Source: Acidobacteriota bacterium (GTDB lineage: Bacteria > Acidobacteriota > Aminicenantia > JBFLYD01). Taken from it: a DNA stretch of 64,000 nt. Where the stretch lies: positions 10,560 to 74,559 of the forward strand of contig JBFLYD010000069.1 in assembly GCA_040756905.1 (NCBI GenBank). The letters are read 5' to 3'. The notes under the pieces were generated by a model that did not search any database, was not told the origin of the DNA, and saw nothing but the letters and a program-made list of their open reading frames with translations. Numbering within the stretch: position 1 is the stretch's first letter; each line of letters begins with the position of its first letter. Below are positions 10,282 through 20,094 of the stretch, piece by piece. A program made the position numbers and the translations under genes.

Positions 10282-11049
10282 TTATAATCTTTGACTATTC
10301 AGTTCTTTTCTCACCCAATCATATCCTTTCTCTTCAAGCATTTTAGAAAGTTCTTCCCTTCCTGATTTTACTATTTTTCCATCCATTAATATATGAACAA
10401 AATCAGGCTTAATGAAATTCAAGATTCTCTGATAGTGAGTGATTATCAAAATGCCAAGCTCTGGATTCATCAATTTGTTAATTCCCATCGATACTATTTT
10501 TAATGAATCGATATCAAGCCCTGAGTCTGTCTCATCGAGAATTGCAAGGGTCGGTTCAAAAACTGCCATTTGCAATATTTCGTTTCGTTTCTTCTCCCCC
10601 CCTGAAAAACCTTCATTTACATATCTTTTCAAAAAAACATCATCCATTTCAAGAAACTTCATCTTTTCTTTCAGGATTTTTCTAAATTCAAGAAAAGAGA
10701 TTTCTTTTCCATTCTTTGAATTGTATGTATTTCTTAGAAAGCTCTCCAAAGAAACCCCGGGAATTTCTTCAGGATATTGAAATGCCATAAAGATGCCTTT
10801 TTTTGCTCTCTGAGAAGTATTCAACTTTGTTAAATCCTCATTCAAATAAAATATACTACCCTCTTTAATTTCATACCTTGGATGACCCATAAGAGTGAAT
10901 GCAAGGGTGCTCTTTCCTGTGCCATTTGGGCCCATCAAGGCATGAATCTCTCCTTTATTAATCGAAAGATTTATACCTTTTAAGATTTCTTTCCCTTCGA
11001 CTTCAATTTTTAAATTTTCAATTCTTAATAAATTTCCGTTCATTTCCAT
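10282..11049 (-). CDS. sufC: Fe-S cluster assembly ATPase SufC
   Basis: Walker A GPNGTGKST, ABC signature FSGGEKKR, Walker B ILDETDSGLD. Confidence 0.9.
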   Translation of the reverse strand: MEMNGNLLRIENLKIEVEGKEILKGINLSINKGEIHALMGPNGTGKSTLAFTLMGHPRYEIKEGSIFYLNEDLTKLNTSQRAKKGIFMAFQYPEEIPGVSLESFLRNTYNSKNGKEISFLEFRKILKEKMKFLEMDDVFLKRYVNEGFSGGEKKRNEILQMAVFEPTLAILDETDSGLDIDSLKIVSMGINKLMNPELGILIITHYQRILNFIKPDFVHILMDGKIVKSGREELSKMLEEKGYDWVRKELNSQRL

Positions 11050-11450
11050 TGTTTAGCCTCCCTTTTCATGTTTTCGTTTGGACATATTCTTGCCTCTCCA
11101 TTTTTTTTACATTTGCGAGAAATAGCTCCGATTAAACATTTTTTTAACCTCTCCTCATCGTCTGAAAATGGCTTTTGGTTTTTCATCTCTTTTAAAGATA
11201 AAAGAATTAACTTTTGAATTTTTTTTATGTTCTTTTTATCAACAAAATAATAAACCCACTGTCCTCTCTTCTTTGTTGATAAAACCCCTGCATTTCTCAA
11301 AATCGAAAGGTGATGAGAAATTAGAGGTTGTGAAATTCGCAAAGACCCTCGAATTTCACATACACACAATTCATTATCCATGAGCACATTTATTATTCTT
11401 AGCCTTTGCTCATCTGCTAAAGCTTTTAAGGCATCCACTATTTCTTTCAT
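11040..11450 (-). CDS. ArsR/SmtB-family HTH transcriptional regulator with a Cys-rich C-terminal tail; likely suf operon regulator
   Basis: ADEQRLRIINVL..ELCVCEI..ISHHLSILRNAGVL is a classic ArsR winged-helix motif. C-terminal CLIGAISRKCKKNGEARICP. Overlaps the sufC start. Confidence 0.7.
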   Translation of the reverse strand: MKEIVDALKALADEQRLRIINVLMDNELCVCEIRGSLRISQPLISHHLSILRNAGVLSTKKRGQWVYYFVDKKNIKKIQKLILLSLKEMKNQKPFSDDEERLKKCLIGAISRKCKKNGEARICPNENMKREAKQWK

Positions 11451-11474
11451 ATAAATATATAAACAACCATTTAT

Positions 11475-11503
11475 ATAATATTTTTTATTTAAACATTTGT
11501 CAA
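11475..11503 (-). promoter_or_regulatory. Candidate sigma-70-type promoter of the regulator-suf-hyp operon
   Basis: Minus-sense TTGACA (plus 11498-11503), 17-nt spacer, TATTAT (plus 11475-11480), about 24 nt before the regulator ATG. Confidence 0.4.
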
Positions 11504-11559
11504 GCTCTTATTAAGTCGTAAAGTGAAGAAGTCAACTATCCCGTGAGCGAAGGGGGAAG

Positions 11560-14373
11560 TTACCACTTAAATTTAATAGCTATGCGGGCTTGGCGGGGTT
11601 CTTGTCTGGCCCAGACATGTCCAAAAACAATTGTATCCTCTTTCACAAATGATATTGGTTTTTGACTATTAAGCAGGTTGAAAACATCCAATCGTACATC
11701 AAAGATCAAATTCTCTGGAAAAATTTTAAAAAAATCGGATAGTAAAAGCCTTTTTTCAACTCCAACATCCACATAAAGATGGGAAGGAGTTTCTCTGGAG
11801 CCCCGTCCTTCTGGAAATGCATAATAGCCAAAAAAAGGAACCAGACCTAATTTTTCCCAATGATAGCCTGAAATCCATTCTAAAGCTGTAGAAAAAGCAA
11901 TCTCAAACGGTGCGAAATATACAATGTTCATTTTAACATTATGATCCACACTGTAAGGAAGTTTCCCATACCAACCTTCATCGCCGATTTCTCTCCCTCC
12001 TAAACCCCCTAATCCCCAGTCAAACAGCTTCTTCAATTCTCGCAATTCAGGTAGATCAGGGACAAAAATGTGATTTCCAAAAAGACCGACATAATAGGTA
12101 CTCCCCTCCTCCTGACTCCATGAGCCAGTTTCTACCTGGCCAGGGTTTGTCCCTTTAGCAGATGCGTATGAATAAGAGGCATTAAGGACGAATTTCTCCC
12201 TGATTTTTCCATTAACTTCTATTTCAAACCCTTTATAATCCCTTCTTTTATACTCAAAGTTATCAAAGATGAATTTATAATAGGGAGGTGATGGATCGAA
12301 TACTCCAAGAAGTTCCAGGAGATCCTTTGCCTGAGACCGGACAAAACGAGTTTTTAAGGCCCAATTTGCACCCAGTTTTCTATCAAATTCCACTAAATAT
12401 TTAGTAAGAAAATTTGGTTTTAAATTACCGGAAATCTCAAAAGGACCTTGATGCTCTTCATTGATAAACTTCCAATTCATTGGATTGTGCAATTGATTTC
12501 TATCAGGGTTTAAAGGGCCTATCCATCCATACCTTCTAAATTGAATAGGTGCCTGAGGATTAAAAAATCCCAGATGCATAGTAGTTGTTACATCAGAGAA
12601 CTTTCCCCAGCCTAATTTTAGGATGTTTTTCCCATCCCTGGCTAAATCTATTGCGAGGGAAGCCCTTGGTGAAAGAAAATCTCTTAAATCCCACTTCCAG
12701 AGTTCTTTTCCTTTGTCATTATAATTTATCTGAGTAGCACTTCTAAATCCCAGCATCAAGGTAAATCGATCCCAGGTTATTTTATCCTTAAAATATAAAC
12801 CTATCCCTCGAATTGAATTAACAAAATTAAAAGGCCCGTATTCCCATAAGAATGTGGGAGTCCCCCTATTATTTCTCCAGGTGTCAAAATAATATTTAGT
12901 CCCGCTATCAAATCCATTTTCTGGAAAAGGATCTTCATCTTTACCTGAGAAATCCACTCTAAACTCAGAAGAAACCCTATAATATTCAAATCCCAATCCA
13001 ACTTCATGCTCTCCAAGACCTCTTGTATTAAGATAATGGGTAAGTCTAAGAGTGAGATCGGCTCTTCGCTCATTATCTATTACTTTTCCCAAGGAATTGT
13101 TAACATTCTGGGCTACATCTTCAATGAAATATAAGGCCGGACCCAAATCATCATCCTTAGGTCTGATTAACGACTCAATCTTTACCTGTCCCAGAGAGGC
13201 TTCTACAAACGTGTTAGAAGAAATAATTCCTTTATAATTAAAACGGTACATATAATCAGTAAAGAAATCTATTTTATAGAGCTCGGGTCTACCAATACCT
13301 CCCCTTTGTTTAAATGGTCTGTTATATGCACTGCTGAAGGAAATGTTATGATTATTTGTTAAAGCCCAAGATAATTTTCCGAAGAAATTATTGGTTTTTA
13401 GACTCTGACTTCCCTTAGAAATGTATAGATAGTCAATATAATTCTCCTTAGTAACATCCTGATCAATAAAAATGTTGTTGGAAAAAAAGAACCATAATCT
13501 ATCTTTGACAATTGGTCCACCAAAATTCAAATACCAATTATATCTTGAAAATCTCTCCGGTTCAGAGGCAATAGATAATTGCGTCTCTCTCGAAGCTTGC
13601 AATTTTTTATCTCTAAGAAGGAGTACCAGTTCACCATGAAAATCATTACCTCCTGTTTTTGTGACAGCATTTACTATCCCTCCAAAGGTGGAAGCCAGAT
13701 CAGGGCTGAAAGGATCGGAAATAATCTGAATTTCATCAATAGCATCATAGTTAACTCGTATCCCAGCATTGTTTAGTCTAACACCTCTCATAGAAAGACC
13801 ATCTACTAACCAATTGTTGCCTTCCTCACCCTCCCCTCTAAAACTTGGCAATCCTACTTCAGCTGTTCCCCGTCGAGTATTTGATCTTACTCCAGTTACT
13901 CCTGGAGTAAATTTAACCACATCTGGTACAGTTCTAGCCTGGGAAGGAATAATTGCTAAATCTTCTGAACTTATTCTATAACTGGTATCAGTGGAGGTTT
14001 TATCAATTAATGGTGTTTCAGCTACAACCAAGACTTTTTCTTCAATTTTTGCTGGTCTCATGACTATCTTTAAGGAGGTTACCATTCCCAATTGAACTAT
14101 GACATTGTCTTGAACAATTGTAGCAAACCCTGGAAGTTCATAGATCAAAGTGTATGTTCCAACAGGTAAGAGAGGGAATGTAAAGGAACCATCTTGTTCG
14201 GTAATAGTATCTCTTTGTCCCTGGAGTTTAGGGCTTTTGGCTGTAACCACTACCCCTGGCAAAGGATTACCTTCCTCATCTACAATCTTACCGCTGATCT
14301 CGCCAGTTTCTTTTGCATATATTGAACAAATAAACAAAAGAAAGAGCAAAAAGATAAAATAAATCTTTCTCAT
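11560..14373 (-). CDS. TonB-dependent outer membrane receptor with an N-terminal carboxypeptidase-regulatory-like domain
   Basis: Signal peptide; GKIVDEEGNPLPGVVVTA..DGSFTF (CarbopepD_reg-like); plug and barrel regions; terminal KFKW aromatic C-terminus typical of outer-membrane barrels. Confidence 0.7.
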   Translation of the reverse strand: MRKIYFIFLLFLLFICSIYAKETGEISGKIVDEEGNPLPGVVVTAKSPKLQGQRDTITEQDGSFTFPLLPVGTYTLIYELPGFATIVQDNVIVQLGMVTSLKIVMRPAKIEEKVLVVAETPLIDKTSTDTSYRISSEDLAIIPSQARTVPDVVKFTPGVTGVRSNTRRGTAEVGLPSFRGEGEEGNNWLVDGLSMRGVRLNNAGIRVNYDAIDEIQIISDPFSPDLASTFGGIVNAVTKTGGNDFHGELVLLLRDKKLQASRETQLSIASEPERFSRYNWYLNFGGPIVKDRLWFFFSNNIFIDQDVTKENYIDYLYISKGSQSLKTNNFFGKLSWALTNNHNISFSSAYNRPFKQRGGIGRPELYKIDFFTDYMYRFNYKGIISSNTFVEASLGQVKIESLIRPKDDDLGPALYFIEDVAQNVNNSLGKVIDNERRADLTLRLTHYLNTRGLGEHEVGLGFEYYRVSSEFRVDFSGKDEDPFPENGFDSGTKYYFDTWRNNRGTPTFLWEYGPFNFVNSIRGIGLYFKDKITWDRFTLMLGFRSATQINYNDKGKELWKWDLRDFLSPRASLAIDLARDGKNILKLGWGKFSDVTTTMHLGFFNPQAPIQFRRYGWIGPLNPDRNQLHNPMNWKFINEEHQGPFEISGNLKPNFLTKYLVEFDRKLGANWALKTRFVRSQAKDLLELLGVFDPSPPYYKFIFDNFEYKRRDYKGFEIEVNGKIREKFVLNASYSYASAKGTNPGQVETGSWSQEEGSTYYVGLFGNHIFVPDLPELRELKKLFDWGLGGLGGREIGDEGWYGKLPYSVDHNVKMNIVYFAPFEIAFSTALEWISGYHWEKLGLVPFFGYYAFPEGRGSRETPSHLYVDVGVEKRLLLSDFFKIFPENLIFDVRLDVFNLLNSQKPISFVKEDTIVFGHVWARQEPRQARIAIKFKW

Positions 14374-14393
14374 TTAGAATGAAGAAAATATAT

Positions 14394-15653
14394 TTAAAAT
14401 TTAAAGCTTATCGAGATAGTAGGAATTACAATATTCATTCCATAAGTACCGGGCATATTTTCTTCTGTTGGCTTTATATCCTTCCTTTCTTTGCCCATTA
14501 GATATTCAAGCCCAAAATCCAACTGGAATCTATCTTTTTTGTATCCTAATCCGAATGTAATTCCGTTAAAAGTAAAGCTTGGAAGTAAAATATTCATAGT
14601 CTCATCAGGGACAGGGGTGGGATCATAGTAATATCCACCTCTCAAAGCAATTTTCCCATTTATAAGATACTCAGAACCAAAACGAATTTGAGTCCTATCT
14701 ACCCATAAGAATTTCATCTCCTCTTCTTTTTCTGGAGTTAACCTAAATATAATATTCCATGTCATAGCTTTATAATCTGTGATTACTATGTCTTCTATAC
14801 TCCATTGAGTCCACTGGATATCAGCGGTTAAAGTAAAATTATGGAAAGGTTTAATAGCTATCCCTCCTCCGAGCCACATTGGCCATGTAATATCGCGTTC
14901 AAAGTCCGATTTAGGAGAAACCCCTAAATGTACTGGAAGGGCCAACATTACTGCTTCACCTTCAAAACTTAACTTACTGGCTGTTTTGAATGTAAGTCCC
15001 AAACTTATCATATCATTGGGTTTTGCTAAAATCCCAAGAGTTGTTCCAATACCCCATCCACTTGATTCTTCAGAGTATTGTTCACCACCGGCAACTGTTT
15101 TTAATTCCATCGCTCCATAATTTATATTTAAAGTCGCACCAATAAACAGTCTCTCACTGATTTTGTAAGCTACCACAGGAGAAATTGATATCAAACCAAT
15201 TCTACTCATCCAATCAACAGTTTTTCCTTTTGTTAAGGCTTTCAGATCAGCTCCAGTCCATTCTGAACCTAAATTTGAGGGGGCATATATCCCAATCCCT
15301 CCCATCAATTTATCAGCCAATGGGTAATAATAAGCAGCTAAACCTGAAAAGTAATGCTTTGTGAAATTTGTATCGACTAAAGTCATTTCTGAAATGGAAT
15401 ATTTATAGTTACCAGAAGGTATAACATCTGTTAAATAAAATCCGGAATATTTGCTATCAAATTGAGCAATTCCAGCGGGATTCCAGTACACAGCACTAAA
15501 ATCATTAGCCAATCCAACAAAAGCTCCACCCATACTTAATGCTTTTGAGCCTAAACTATTTAAATTTAACCCATTTCCGAAAACCGAAGCTGAAAAAATA
15601 GAAAATATTAAAATTATTAAAAATCTCAATCTTCTATTTGCTTTTATTTTCAT
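14394..15653 (-). CDS. FadL/OmpP1/TodX-family outer membrane hydrophobic-compound transport protein
   Basis: Signal peptide, then NSLGSKALSMGGAFVGLANDFSAVYWNPAG, the conserved FadL-family N-terminal motif; C-terminal ISISFKF. Confidence 0.65.
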   Translation of the reverse strand: MKIKANRRLRFLIILIFSIFSASVFGNGLNLNSLGSKALSMGGAFVGLANDFSAVYWNPAGIAQFDSKYSGFYLTDVIPSGNYKYSISEMTLVDTNFTKHYFSGLAAYYYPLADKLMGGIGIYAPSNLGSEWTGADLKALTKGKTVDWMSRIGLISISPVVAYKISERLFIGATLNINYGAMELKTVAGGEQYSEESSGWGIGTTLGILAKPNDMISLGLTFKTASKLSFEGEAVMLALPVHLGVSPKSDFERDITWPMWLGGGIAIKPFHNFTLTADIQWTQWSIEDIVITDYKAMTWNIIFRLTPEKEEEMKFLWVDRTQIRFGSEYLINGKIALRGGYYYDPTPVPDETMNILLPSFTFNGITFGLGYKKDRFQLDFGLEYLMGKERKDIKPTEENMPGTYGMNIVIPTISISFKF

Positions 15654-15881
15654 ATTGACCTCCTACTTCTAATTAACCTTTTCCAATGTAATAAACATTG
15701 GCATGGACAATAATATTTCACTATATTAGATAATTAATATTTTTTAAAGTCAAGCTGACCATTAAGGAAACAAGGGAAGCTTTGTAGCATTTACTTGCTT
15801 CCAAAATATGAAATTCTTAAGAAAATAAAATTACTCTTTTTTTCTTTTAAAAATAGAAAAAAATATATAAAATTAGTGTTC

Positions 15882-16393
15882 ATGGTTGAAAAGAAAATTT
15901 CTTATTTCGTAAAAATAACACCTGTTGGAAAAATTTATATAGGCATGACTGAGAAAGGAATCTGTTTGGTATCATTTGAAAATTTTTCTCGGTCCAGGGA
16001 AATTTCTTCTAAAAAAGGTGAACACATAAAATTTATAAAAAAAGAAGAAGGATTTCCCGAATTAGAAAAGCAACTCGAAGAATACTTTTCAAAAAAAAGG
16101 AAAAAATTTAATGGGACTTTAGACTTATGTTTTGTAAATTCTCCCTTCGAACGAAATGTTTTAAACGCTTGCTTTAAAATTCCATATGGCAAAAAAGTTC
16201 TTATTCTCAAATAGCTGAGGAAATTGGAAGACCAAGAGCAGTAAGAGCTGTGGGAAATGCACTGGGTAAAAATCCAATAGCTATAATCATTCCCTGTCAT
16301 AGAGTAGTTGCAAAGGATGGATCTATTGGAGGATTCTCCGGAGGATTGTGGAGAAAAAAGAAACTCCTTAAACTCGAAGGAATTTTAAAATGA
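15882..16393 (+). pseudogene. ogt: Methylated-DNA--protein-cysteine methyltransferase (Ogt/MGMT) split by a -1 frameshift in an A6 run; pseudogene or sequencing error
   Basis: The ORF ending at 16214 carries the N-domain through FERNVLNACFKIPYGKK. The -1 frame continues SYSQIAEEIGRPRAVRAVGNALGKNPIAIIIPCHRVV with the PCHR active site, stop at 16391-16393. Adding one A to the A6 run at 16191-16196 restores IPYGKKSSYSQIAEEIG. Confidence 0.65.
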
Positions 16394-16659
16394 AAAACCC
16401 TTATGTAAGGGCAGGAATTCTATCTTGAGCTGAGGTTTACAAGTATATAGGAGGTACCAGAATCCAAAAAATTAAAATATGGCAAAAATTTAAATGGAAT
16501 AAAAATTATGAATCTTTTTGAGCCTGAAGAAGTTCCCGAGAAGGGGTGCAGTCCTTAAAATATCTTACTTAATTTATCATATTTGTCTATATACATAAAA
16601 AACAGGTCATTATAGAAATCTTTCATGAACCCTCATCCTTTCCTATTTGAGCCTCAATT

Positions 16660-17718
16660 TTATCTTTGAATCCGAGTTGGGAAATGCTTATACAGTTTTT
16701 CCCGGTATGAAATATAATCGCCATTTTCATCTTCATATAAATAATAATAATTACCTGCTGAGAAGGAAATAAAAAGGTGGGAATCTACAATATTAATGTA
16801 TTTATCCTCCAAAAGGTATTCTCTTAAGAAGATTCCCTTTGGGGAATATTTTTCAAATATTGTTTTATTATTTTTTTTCTTATAAGTTCTTATATAAACA
16901 TTGCCTTCATCGTCCAGAAAGAAGCTATGGAACGGTGGAAAATATTTTGGAAAGTGCAGTTGTTTTAAAAACGCATCAGCCATTTGTTTGCTTGTTATGT
17001 GAGGATCATGAATAAGGGTTTCAGCGAATTTTTCTTTGTATTCTTTTCTTACTTTTATTCTTTCACAATGCTTGAATACTTTACCGATCTGTTTTCCATT
17101 TTCATCGAAAATCATAATTAGAAAATCTCTTACAGGATTCGAAATGTATACAAGATCGGTCTTATCCGAATATTTAACACTGATAAATGGTTCTATTGCT
17201 TCAAATTGGTAGCCTGGTGTGACTTCTAAACGCTCATCTAAAATCTCAATTATTTGATTGAAATCTTTATCAAGGAATCTTATTTTTTGGATTATGGTTT
17301 TTCCTTTTTCATATGAAAAATCTCTAGTTTTTTCTATAAAGTTGCCGTTTTTTAAAAGGAGATAGAAATTGTTAGTAGGTGGAATTTTTACTTCGTTCAA
17401 TAAAGTCCCATCCAAACCAAAAATTAAAAGTCTATTGCGGGAAAAAGTGTAAATCTTGTCTTCTAAAAAATTGAAGTTGGAAAGATTAGATACTTCACCA
17501 GGACCTTCGCCCTTTTCTCCAATTTTATTTAAAAGTTTCAGCTCTTGGTCAAATCTCCAAATGTTTCCTTCGCTTGAATTTAGAAAGTAAAGACAATTTT
17601 TATATGCTTTAAACATTGAGATTTTCCCAACGATATTTATAACTTTTTCTTCATAGGAAGAAAGGAATGAAGAAAAAATAGCTATTGTTGCGAAAAGAAA
17701 TAATTTTTTCTGTTTCAT
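16660..17718 (-). CDS. Secreted NHL-repeat 6-bladed beta-propeller protein (paralog 1), translationally coupled to the upstream rSAM gene
   Basis: Signal peptide MKQKKLFLFATIAIFSSFLSS; NHL-type GEKGEGPGEV..P motif and beta-propeller periodicity. Its ATG overlaps the rSAM stop (ATGA). Confidence 0.6.
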   Translation of the reverse strand: MKQKKLFLFATIAIFSSFLSSYEEKVINIVGKISMFKAYKNCLYFLNSSEGNIWRFDQELKLLNKIGEKGEGPGEVSNLSNFNFLEDKIYTFSRNRLLIFGLDGTLLNEVKIPPTNNFYLLLKNGNFIEKTRDFSYEKGKTIIQKIRFLDKDFNQIIEILDERLEVTPGYQFEAIEPFISVKYSDKTDLVYISNPVRDFLIMIFDENGKQIGKVFKHCERIKVRKEYKEKFAETLIHDPHITSKQMADAFLKQLHFPKYFPPFHSFFLDDEGNVYIRTYKKKNNKTIFEKYSPKGIFLREYLLEDKYINIVDSHLFISFSAGNYYYLYEDENGDYISYREKLYKHFPTRIQR

Positions 17719-18782
17719 AATTCACCTTTATTGTAATCTTTCATTAATTCAAGAACGTATGGCTTTCTTGTTATATCACATTTTTTGTAATCTCCGTGGT
17801 AGCTATATGCAAGCATTGCACATCCACCATGACAATAATCAAGAATTTTACAGCTTTCGCATTCAGAATTTCGGATTGAAAGTGCATTAAATACATCATT
17901 AACATTACTCGATTCGTTGTAAATTTCAATTAATCTTTTGGCCCTAATATTTCCTAATACAATATTTTCAAGATTGTTGCAAGGGAAAACATCCCCTTGG
18001 GGTGATATTGCAATAATTCCAGTGCCAGCGTTACAGCGAAAGAGATCTTCTTTCTGCAGTTTTTTACTCAAGTCTTTTTTAATAAGCTTATTATAAATAT
18101 TATCATATGCAAATAAAAAATTCCTCAAGTTGTTTATATAATAAGTTAAAGAATCTTCAAAATTACAATATTTCCCTCTTTTAAAGGGCGTAATTGGAAG
18201 AAATTTCATATTATCTACTTTCAGAGATTTCCCGAGATTTATAATATCTATGACTTCATTACGATTCCCCTCATGAATTACAGTTGTTGTCTCAACATAA
18301 ATATTTAAATCCTTAAATATTCTAATTGCTTTAATTGCTTTTTTAAACGAACCTTTTAGACCTCGAAAAGTATCGTGGGTTTTCTCACCTGCTCCATCTA
18401 AGCTTATATTAATATGCACTAAATTATTTTTTACTAATAGTTCAGCATATGATTCATCGATTTTGTAGCCATTTGTCATTAAATGCGTTTTCATAGGTTT
18501 ATTACTTGCATATTTTATCAGTTCAGGTAAATAATTAACCAAGGTAGGCTCTCCACCAGTAAAAGTTACCCTTGGTACCATCATCCTATATATCTGATCG
18601 ACAAGATCAAATATCTCTTCTTTCTTCAATTCTTCTTTTAATCTTTGCCCTGCATCTACTGAACAGTGAATACACCTCGAGTTACAAGCATTTGTCAATC
18701 TTATATAAACATGGTTTAGAATACCTCTCATTTCAGGTAAATCGGAAAATTTATATTTAAGACCTCTATTTTCATTTGTCAT
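17715..18782 (-). CDS. Radical SAM enzyme with C-terminal SPASM/twitch auxiliary Fe-S domain (peptide/protein-modifying maturase class)
   Basis: CNSRCIHCS CxxxCxxC motif; GGEPTL; SPASM-like FRCNAGTG..SPQGDVFPCNN..CESCKILDYCHGGC. Confidence 0.8.
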   Translation of the reverse strand: MTNENRGLKYKFSDLPEMRGILNHVYIRLTNACNSRCIHCSVDAGQRLKEELKKEEIFDLVDQIYRMMVPRVTFTGGEPTLVNYLPELIKYASNKPMKTHLMTNGYKIDESYAELLVKNNLVHINISLDGAGEKTHDTFRGLKGSFKKAIKAIRIFKDLNIYVETTTVIHEGNRNEVIDIINLGKSLKVDNMKFLPITPFKRGKYCNFEDSLTYYINNLRNFLFAYDNIYNKLIKKDLSKKLQKEDLFRCNAGTGIIAISPQGDVFPCNNLENIVLGNIRAKRLIEIYNESSNVNDVFNALSIRNSECESCKILDYCHGGCAMLAYSYHGDYKKCDITRKPYVLELMKDYNKGEL

Positions 18783-18982
18783 GTTTTTTATTATTTAGAC
18801 AAAATTGCAAAATTTTGTAAGTCATTTTTTTCTGCCTCATTTATTTGTTTTTGTGATTCCCAATATAGCTTCCTTACTCTACTTTTTAGGAGCTAAAAGT
18901 TTATATCTCTTTATTGTTTTTTGAAGTTATCATCTTTACTTCTCCATTTATTCTTTCAAGTTTTCGATATTTAAGTGCAGCA

Positions 18983-19960
18983 CTATTTTATTGTAAGTTT
19001 ACATCTTTTTAATATTGGTATATCTGTATTATCAGCCAGATATAACCTCCCTTTTTCATCAACCCCTAAAATAGACTCATTGGTTTTTATTGATCCTATG
19101 TACTCTTTGTCTTTGAATATATCTATCACATTTCCATTAGATGTAAGTAATGATATATAAATCCTATTCTTATGACCTGAAATAAAACAAAACAACCAAG
19201 GCTCTACCCCTAAACTAACCCCTCTTTCATAGGTTCTTTCTACTATTTTTCTTTTAGGAAAATACGAGGAAGATCTCTCTATTTTATCAACGAGCTTTTT
19301 ATCTTTAAATATGACTATCTTGTACTCGAATTGATTTACTACATAAATATTATCTTTGAGAACAATAAACCCCATGGGCACCATTAACTCATAATATTCC
19401 TTGTATTTAATTGGTTGAGATTCTGGAGTAAACATTGAAATATTCCCGAATGATTCTAAATAATTTCCATTGAAATCAAAATAATGAAATATTTTGTCGT
19501 TTTTATAGCCCAACAGTAAGATCTTGTCTTCTATTACGCAGATATTATAGGCTCGGAAATCAATCTTAAATGTTTTTATAAACTCTCCTTTTTCATCAAA
19601 AATGTGAACTTTTCTATAATCAACTACAAATAGCCTTTCATTTTTATCAAGAGATATAAATGAGGGTACAAAAAATTCACCTGGTCCCTGACCTTTCCTT
19701 CCTATGCCTTTAAGGAATTTTCCATTTTTATCATAAACTTGAACTCTGCAGTTTTTCCTGTCAAGTACAAAAATATTTTCGCTCTTTCCAACTTTAACAT
19801 CATTTATTTCAGCAAACATATAATTTTCATCCTTTTCATCTTTTCCTAACACTAGGTCACATTCAAATCTTGCTCTATTTCCTAAATAATATTCTTGCGA
19901 AAATAGAGTGAAAACATTAATTAAAAGAAAAACAAAAATTATCTTTTTTCTCCCTTTCAT
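18983..19960 (-). CDS. Secreted NHL-repeat 6-bladed beta-propeller protein (paralog 2)
   Basis: Signal peptide; GRKGQGPGEFFVPSFISLDKNERLFVVDYRKVHIFDEKGEF is a textbook NHL repeat; paralogous to 16660-17718. Confidence 0.65.
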   Translation of the reverse strand: MKGRKKIIFVFLLINVFTLFSQEYYLGNRARFECDLVLGKDEKDENYMFAEINDVKVGKSENIFVLDRKNCRVQVYDKNGKFLKGIGRKGQGPGEFFVPSFISLDKNERLFVVDYRKVHIFDEKGEFIKTFKIDFRAYNICVIEDKILLLGYKNDKIFHYFDFNGNYLESFGNISMFTPESQPIKYKEYYELMVPMGFIVLKDNIYVVNQFEYKIVIFKDKKLVDKIERSSSYFPKRKIVERTYERGVSLGVEPWLFCFISGHKNRIYISLLTSNGNVIDIFKDKEYIGSIKTNESILGVDEKGRLYLADNTDIPILKRCKLTIK

Positions 19961-20094
19961 TTTTTCCCTTCCTCTTTTTTCATTTCACCAAAATATATAT
20001 TAGTATATTTTACTTCTTTTTCAATGTTCTTTTTAAGTAAATTAAATATTGAGGGTTTTCCTCAATAATTCTACAAAACAAAATTAACATTTTT

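Noticed and set aside
15882-16393. Calling ogt and the UPF0104 gene true pseudogenes
   Set aside because: Both disruptions are single-base length differences in A/T homopolymers and would be repaired by one inserted base each. A systematic sequencing artefact is at least as likely, so they are flagged rather than asserted.
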